64,000 nucleotides of DNA from an uncultured Nitrososphaerales archaeon (GTDB lineage Archaea > Thermoproteota > Nitrososphaeria > Nitrososphaerales > Nitrososphaeraceae): positions 46,419-110,418 of the forward strand of contig CAVPXM010000013.1 of the NCBI GenBank assembly GCA_963709405.1, in the 5' to 3' direction. Of the stretch, positions 57,963 through 64,000 are shown piece by piece. The notes below the pieces were generated by a model. It did not search any database and was not told the origin of the DNA. It worked only from the letters and a program-made list of their open reading frames with translations. Numbering within the stretch: position 1 is the first letter of the stretch; each line of letters begins with the position of its first letter. The position numbers were made by a program, and so were the translations under genes.

Positions 57963-59201
57963 TTGATTGTATATGGATGTATATGGTATCATCTGGAAAC
58001 GATATCAAAAACAAATGAGAACATAGCTTTATGCCTCAAATTGATAAATTCATTATGTATGAGTATGAAGCCATTAAACAGACAGGAGACGGAAGATCTT
58101 ATAATAGATCTATATTATAACCAGAAAAAAACCTTCAGAGAAATACGACAAATAGTAAGAAAGTCTCCACGGGACATTAGTGTCATCCTGAATAAGGTCG
58201 AGCCAGGACGTTCTTCTCTTTCTACACCAGCGCAAGCCTACAGGCTGTTTTCTGAAGGAAAGACTCCGGAACAGGTAGCCATCATATTAAATATAAGACA
58301 ACCTGAGACAACTCAATTTTATTTAGAACACTGGAAGTTAAATCAGTTAGATAGCCTTACCAGAATTTATGAAGAAACTAACGGTAACTTTACATCCTTC
58401 GTGGAATTATACAAACAAATGAAGGCTGCAGGTCTGAATGAAACACAAGTGATTGAACTCCTTAAAATAGCTAATAATGATATTCAATCAATCAAAGGAG
58501 TATGCCAAGATCTGAGACGAGAGGAAGCATCTTTGAACGCCAAGAATTTAAATGCCACTAGAACATTTCAACAATTAAGCAACGATATATCGGAAGAGTA
58601 TAAGCTATTAGACCAGTATCGTTTTTCCTGCCAAGAGGAGCGCCTTGAACTATCTAAGTTACGCATACAAAAAATAAGGCTAGAATCTATCGTTAAGCAA
58701 TTTCAGAATAACAATGAAGACTATCTTAAAATCAAAGATGTGGTCAAGCAAACAGTTCGGCACACACTGATGAAATATAGAGAAGTGTTGAAGATAGCCT
58801 TTCGATCAGTTATAGATTCGTGCAGAAGTGATCCTGTAAAATTCAATATTTTGTATCACAATTTACCGACTACTCTAGGAACAACAGAAACACAGATAAT
58901 ATTATCAGATCCGATCAACCTAAACGATAATGGATTATCTATTAATAAACAGTCACTTTACCAGCATAATAACAAAGATAATGTTTTCGAGGAACTTCTA
59001 CTGAATGAAGCTGAACAATTTTTCAGCAAGATGGTAGAGGATTTAACACAAGTATGTATCAGTCGATTAGTTGATACGTATATCTCTGAATCAGTTTTGT
59101 CACAATTGACTACAAGATCACATCGATATTCAGAAGATATGCCATCGGTGTTTACTCACGGAAATGAGAATACCAATCAATCCGATCAGAATTCAATATA
59201 G
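57963..59201 (+). CDS. Hypothetical HTH + coiled-coil protein (start probably downstream of 57963)
   Basis: LIIDLYYNQKKTFREIRQIVRKSPRDI; QAYRLFSEGKTPEQVAI. Confidence 0.7.
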   Translation: MIVYGCIWYHLETISKTNENIALCLKLINSLCMSMKPLNRQETEDLIIDLYYNQKKTFREIRQIVRKSPRDISVILNKVEPGRSSLSTPAQAYRLFSEGKTPEQVAIILNIRQPETTQFYLEHWKLNQLDSLTRIYEETNGNFTSFVELYKQMKAAGLNETQVIELLKIANNDIQSIKGVCQDLRREEASLNAKNLNATRTFQQLSNDISEEYKLLDQYRFSCQEERLELSKLRIQKIRLESIVKQFQNNNEDYLKIKDVVKQTVRHTLMKYREVLKIAFRSVIDSCRSDPVKFNILYHNLPTTLGTTETQIILSDPINLNDNGLSINKQSLYQHNNKDNVFEELLLNEAEQFFSKMVEDLTQVCISRLVDTYISESVLSQLTTRSHRYSEDMPSVFTHGNENTNQSDQNSI

Positions 59202-59308
59202 GGATCAAACTTTGATTAGCATCATGAGATAGGTACGTATCATAATGACTTTGGTATTCTCAATCATATTTGGTTTGACTATTCATTATAGTCAAAGCAA
59301 CGAAGTAT

Positions 59309-59704
59309 ATGACAGAGATAATCGGCTATCCGAAATTTGAGACGAACCTGCTTCAATTTCAATTTAGGCATAGGCTCGTCCATCTAGTCCAGCCACAGAC
59401 TCTTGTATATGACAATAATAAATCAATCGGATGGCAGTTGGACAATGTATACCTAGGAAACCATATGATTTTAAAGAAATTAGAGTCAAAACAGGAGGTA
59501 GTAACTCTAACACCAGTTCCATTGAAAGGAGATTACGTATTTATTGTTAGTATCGAAAAATTAGTAGGCGATATAGAAAGATCTGTCAACGAGATGGATA
59601 CAGGATATCGCGATAAATTAAAGAGAAATCGAGATAATTTACAATTAAAGTTTGATAAGGCGATTCAACAGATTTTTAATCTTAATGTGGCATTGTGGAA
59701 ATAA
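59309..59704 (+). CDS. Hypothetical protein
   Basis: 131-aa ORF; no recognised motif. Confidence 0.5.
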   Translation: MTEIIGYPKFETNLLQFQFRHRLVHLVQPQTLVYDNNKSIGWQLDNVYLGNHMILKKLESKQEVVTLTPVPLKGDYVFIVSIEKLVGDIERSVNEMDTGYRDKLKRNRDNLQLKFDKAIQQIFNLNVALWK

Positions 59705-59803
59705 GGATTTGAGGTCACATATAACTTCGTCATTTGATTAGGTCTGGGTATAAATCTCTTAATCGTATACATACAGTAGAAAAAGTGAAATTATTTTTAT
59801 TTT

Positions 59804-60532
59804 ATGCGGGCCCGCATAAATGCTGTTATGGTTACAGCAGAAGACTTTAATCAAATAGAAAATAAAAAGATATCCTACGATGTATTATTGCGACAGATAA
59901 AGAAAGAGCATCAGGCTAAGGCAAAAGAGTTTATCCCTCAGCTATGTTATGCATTACAGAATGAAGATGCATTTCTTAGCAATGAGGACATACGAGACAG
60001 AATAAAGAAAGACCTAATCGATATCTGGTCTAAAACGACTATTCAAAACAATATTCCAGACGAATTTAAGGATGACGCTAAACAGGCTGCAAAGGAAAAA
60101 GCAGATCAAAAAAGGAAGAACGTTATAGAAGAATGTGTGACTGTGTCGTCACAGATGGTTCCAGAACAATCTTCTAGTAGCAATACTACTGTATTTGAAT
60201 CGACACATGAACATGATCCGCTACAAGTAGCGCGTACAATTCTTAAGGAAAAAGATGAGGAAATTCATAGGTTAAGACAAGAATTAGAACAACAAAAACA
60301 GCAAGTAGGAACATTTCCTACAACCGACACTATACCGTATAATCCTCAAATTGATCAAGAGAAGGAAGATTTAAAAAAGCAAGTTAGAGAATTAAAGCAA
60401 TTGTTCCAACACAGATTCATTACATTTTATTCAAAGAAATTTGAAAATGAATTAAGAACCTGTATCATGAGTACCGGTTATTACAAAATATATTTTAACG
60501 AGAGAATGGAAATGACCAAAATATCATGCTAA
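59804..60532 (+). CDS. Hypothetical coiled-coil protein
   Basis: 242-aa ORF with charged helical content. Confidence 0.6.
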   Translation: MRARINAVMVTAEDFNQIENKKISYDVLLRQIKKEHQAKAKEFIPQLCYALQNEDAFLSNEDIRDRIKKDLIDIWSKTTIQNNIPDEFKDDAKQAAKEKADQKRKNVIEECVTVSSQMVPEQSSSSNTTVFESTHEHDPLQVARTILKEKDEEIHRLRQELEQQKQQVGTFPTTDTIPYNPQIDQEKEDLKKQVRELKQLFQHRFITFYSKKFENELRTCIMSTGYYKIYFNERMEMTKISC

Positions 60533-60686
60533 ATCTATGATCTATAAGAATAAAGTATATTGTGAGTTAAAGAGATTTACGCGAGTATGTTTTAGTAGAT
60601 TAGCAAAGTGTGTATTTCTGGATCAATATCTTCACAATTCACTAGAAAGCCATACCTAGATTCAATTCTACCATAACCACATATTT

Positions 60687-61000
60687 ATGGAACAAAGAGC
60701 ACACATCAACTCGATGATCGTGCTTGAGCACTGGGCACAGAGTGGCTTTGCCAATACCGATCTTGACTCACAATTAAAGCAGCTGGGGATTCAGAAAATA
60801 ATTTTGGTCGGCATGATAGCAAATACTTGTATTGAAGCCACAGGTCGCCTTGGAGCTTGGCTACCACGTTACTCTCATCAAGGATGCAATCGCTGCGTTC
60901 AGTCATGAAGGCATGCATTCTGTGAAGTCAATGGACCACCGTTTTGCACATGCTATTTTGACCACCAAGGAGCTGCTCGGCCTATTACCTGGAGAATAGA
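60687..61000 (+). pseudogene. Isochorismatase/cysteine hydrolase C-terminal fragment
   Basis: EHWAQSGFANTDLDSQLKQLGIQKIILVGMIANTCIEATGR, then frameshift, GYHVTLIKDAIAAF. Confidence 0.8.
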
Positions 61001-61555
61001 GATGAAAATCACAAATAGAATAAAATATTTTGGTGTCTAACTGTATTTTATAAATCAATAATAAAACAACAGCAGGAAGAATATGTTTACTGAATAAGAG
61101 AAACTTACGATAATAGTAGTGCATTAGTTATGGCAATGACAGTAGTAATAATTTCTGTTATCGTTGGTTTTGCAATATCTTTCAACAGATCTAAAACGGC
61201 CAAAATGACTTTTTGACTAAGAATATTGGCCTGCAATTTATGAACTTACGCTGAGGAGACCTTGAAAAGCAAGCTTATCACCTAAGACAAGATAATTGAT
61301 GCCAACCAGTCCTTTATTACAGAATACGATTCTTCTGATGATAGATTTCTTACATTCAATAGATATGGTGAGAGAATTCTCCAAATACAGTACTTCCTGT
61401 GATCTGATATAGGAGTTTGAATCAATGTCTCTATCCATGTCATGGTATTATTATGATCAATAGTATTGACACCATACTTGTATTTCGCACTAATTTCTTG
61501 ACTAGCTTGACCTGTTGTGATTTCCTTGATTTTCTTAATTTCTCTATCTACTAAC

Positions 61556-61641
61556 TGTTGTACTTTCTAACATAGGTGACATTATAGTCTACCGACATGG
61601 GTTACACTTCTGCTGTCAGGAAGTGAATCCATATAGAAATC
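61556..61641 (+). mobile_element. Truncated IS481 left end
   Basis: Closely matches 27149-27231 (TGTTGTACTT..CATAGGTGACATTATAG..GTGAATCCATATAGAAATC). Confidence 0.85.
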
Positions 61642-61708
61642 GCGTTTATCCTAGAAGAACAGGATATATTTAACAGGTTAGAACAGCCTTCCAGTCGGTT
61701 ATTGCAGT

Positions 61709-62059
61709 ATGCAGAGATATCTAACCGCTGGTAAAATGGACGAGTGTCATAACAAAACCATGTCGCTTTACAACTGCATGTTAAGGGTACCAGGCAGTTA
61801 TAATTCCAAGTCTGACCCTCCTAAACCAGTAAATATAATCCAGACATGGGACGGTAATAGACCAGACATAACGCAGTTGCTACAGCGATTCTATCTATAC
61901 CTACAGGAATTTCGGCTAAAGAAAATACTGAAGGAACAACGTGAAGTAGATTATTATTCAAGGTATCACTCACATTTGTACACTAGCAGAAGCGGATTCT
62001 GTCCAAATTGGAGTAGGGGGAGAAGGCACAAAAAGCTTGACACTGACAGGAATACATGA
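61709..62059 (+). pseudogene. Primase/prim-pol-like C-terminal fragment
   Basis: NCMLRVPGSYNSK..VNIIQTWDGNRP; R-x-P-G-S-x-N motif typical of AEP-type replication proteins. Confidence 0.55.
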
Positions 62060-62191
62060 TTCTGAAGATTTGCTATAGATTGCTGAATCTGTATTCTGTA
62101 TCTGTGTAGAAGTCAGAACACGTAAATCAGTCTATTAACAAAAAAACCTACCGTAATAGTTCCTTTATTATGAATAGCAAATCTATATTTT

Positions 62192-62374
62192 ATGTCTTAT
62201 AACGACAATAACGACAAGCGCGAAGTACGAAAAATACAGGCAATACACGGAAATACAACATTTGTTCTAGTAGTCCCACAAACCTTCATAGCGAAGCTGA
62301 AGATCAATAAAGGCGACTACGTGAAATGTACGATTGTGAATGATACGCTTCTTGTCAAAAAGGCTGAAGTATGA
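62192..62374 (+). CDS. AbrB/MazE-type DNA-binding protein
   Basis: RKIQ..TFVLVVPQTFIAKLKINKGDYV..LLVKK. Confidence 0.8.
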   Translation: MSYNDNNDKREVRKIQAIHGNTTFVLVVPQTFIAKLKINKGDYVKCTIVNDTLLVKKAEV

Positions 62375-62794
62375 CTAGGGATAAATGGAAATGACCAATA
62401 GCTATACCAGGTATCCGGACGATATTGAACCAAACTGACCGCAGGTCAGGGAAATTTAAGCACGATGTATGTAGGATTACCTCCATGTACGTCCTCTCAC
62501 GTTCAGATATGCTCATAGAATATCAGCGAATGCTCGCGGTTATAGTCTTTATTGCCAAGTTAGCAGAGTCAACTTGAATGTAGAAAGACATATAGATTAG
62601 TATGTATTAACTGTTGACGAATCCTTTCGGATAACTTTATCGACTAACTGAGGAACATGATTTGTATAAAAATATAGAAAAGTAAAATATGGTATCTAAA
62701 TTTCTTAGATATCCTGTAACATAGGGAGTCATTAATTAAGGCACTTCAAATCCAAAAGTTATAATACTCTGCTTATACATACAACGCGATCAAT

Positions 62795-63571
62795 ATGAAT
62801 AGATCTTCTGCTTATAGGAACAAATTGGGGAGTCGGCGATCTGCATTTTTGGTTCTTTCGGTTCTAACAATAATTTTTATTATTAATTATCCGTTAAAGT
62901 TATACGCTACTGCGTCTCGTGTCGATTTTTATTCTGTTGACTCTCCACCGCCTGGAATAAAATCTATGGAACCTCTAATAGGAAAGTGGTGGAACTGGTG
63001 GGCTAGGATTCCATCAGATACTGCCCAAAATTGGCCTGTATGTATCGTAGGGAATGGTGGGGCTCTGAATAACAACCAATCGATAGTCTTTACGGGCAAC
63101 GTAGCACAAGCAGTAGACAAGAACGTGAATGCGAAAAACCAGAAATGTGAAATCTCGTCTAATCAACTGCTCTACTTGACTGTATACCCTGGCGAATGTT
63201 CTGCTGCTGATTCTCCTACCTATGCAACGTCGCCTACTAATCTTCTAAACTGCGCACAAGATTCAAACAAAGTGATGAAATTGATGCAGGTAAAAGTCGA
63301 CGGAAAAGATGTTTCATCTAATATTATTCGCCAAAGTACATCCAAACCATTTAATTTTATTCTGCCGGCGGATAATGGGTTTGGCATTACGCCTAGTTCA
63401 TCTTATGCTGGTGGAAACAATCCATCAATGGCTGAAAACTACTTTCTATTTTTCAAACCATTGCCTATTGGAGATCATACAATAAGTGTAGAAGTAATAC
63501 GCCAACCGCTTCAACCAATTCAACCTGTAGAGCATGACATTGCTAAGTGGAATATCAAGGTAACAGGTTAG
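62795..63571 (+). CDS. Secreted conserved hypothetical protein
   Basis: Signal/TM segment; KWWNWWARIP, several Cys, FKPLPIGDHTI. Confidence 0.7.
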   Translation: MNRSSAYRNKLGSRRSAFLVLSVLTIIFIINYPLKLYATASRVDFYSVDSPPPGIKSMEPLIGKWWNWWARIPSDTAQNWPVCIVGNGGALNNNQSIVFTGNVAQAVDKNVNAKNQKCEISSNQLLYLTVYPGECSAADSPTYATSPTNLLNCAQDSNKVMKLMQVKVDGKDVSSNIIRQSTSKPFNFILPADNGFGITPSSSYAGGNNPSMAENYFLFFKPLPIGDHTISVEVIRQPLQPIQPVEHDIAKWNIKVTG

Positions 63572-64000
63572 TTAACGAATTGTAGTAGCCTCAAGAAAGA
63601 AAAATCTGAAGGTTGTTTTTATTCCATTTTTGAATAATTGCAAAATTATAGGGCTTCTTATTTCGGGACTTCCAACGCTTGATATTATTTGGAATTTCCC
63701 AAGCATAATTCCGTATGTTCTTGATCGCAGACATAGACGAGCGACTCTAATTTGATTCGGAATACATCACTACCTCGAATTTCTGACTTTTATAAGAGCG
63801 ACATTTAATATTAGAGGATCAGATATTAGTTAAGAGACTACTTGGCTGGATATAGTGGTGTTGGTCATCTTAATGATATCTATTAGCATCCTAGGTCATA
63901 GTAAGCCAGCGTTTCTACTAATATCAATCATGGTTATTGTTTCTGTAGTAGACTCTCAGTTTGTTAACACTTTCTATGGAACAGATTTAGATACCCCTGG

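Noticed and set aside
1-64000. CRISPR array, tRNA or rRNA genes
   Set aside because: No regularly spaced repeats or recognisable structural RNA seen by eye; a covariance search was not possible

Overview
AT-rich archaeal DNA, most likely from a soil ammonia-oxidising archaeon (Nitrososphaeraceae; inferred from purP, thaumarchaeal-type hypothetical families, patatins and IS types). The main feature is two diverged copies (103-6219 and 19717-27081) of a tightly packed operon: full-length RadA paralog; RPA-like OB/Zn-OB protein carrying an inserted Argonaute-like N-L1-PAZ-L2 module with no MID/PIWI; inactivated RadA-like protein; small arCOG07300-like helical protein; PolB2-like family B polymerase with intact polymerase aspartates but a degenerate proofreading site; and, in copy 2, DUF72. 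Both copies share conserved upstream palindromes. The rest is a decaying accessory region: three-domain LigD, three IS elements with intact ends and target-site duplications (IS481, IS5/ISL2, IS6), many pseudogene fragments, a GC-rich DUF899 gene, terminase and integrase relics, a small core-like block (purP, DUF151, HtrA), and a degraded integrative element with a fused Topo VIB-transducer/Topo VIA (Topo VIII-like) gene. No rRNA, tRNA or CRISPR array was seen. Many frameshifts are single-base insertions and may be consensus errors. All family calls come from motif recognition by eye, not database searches.
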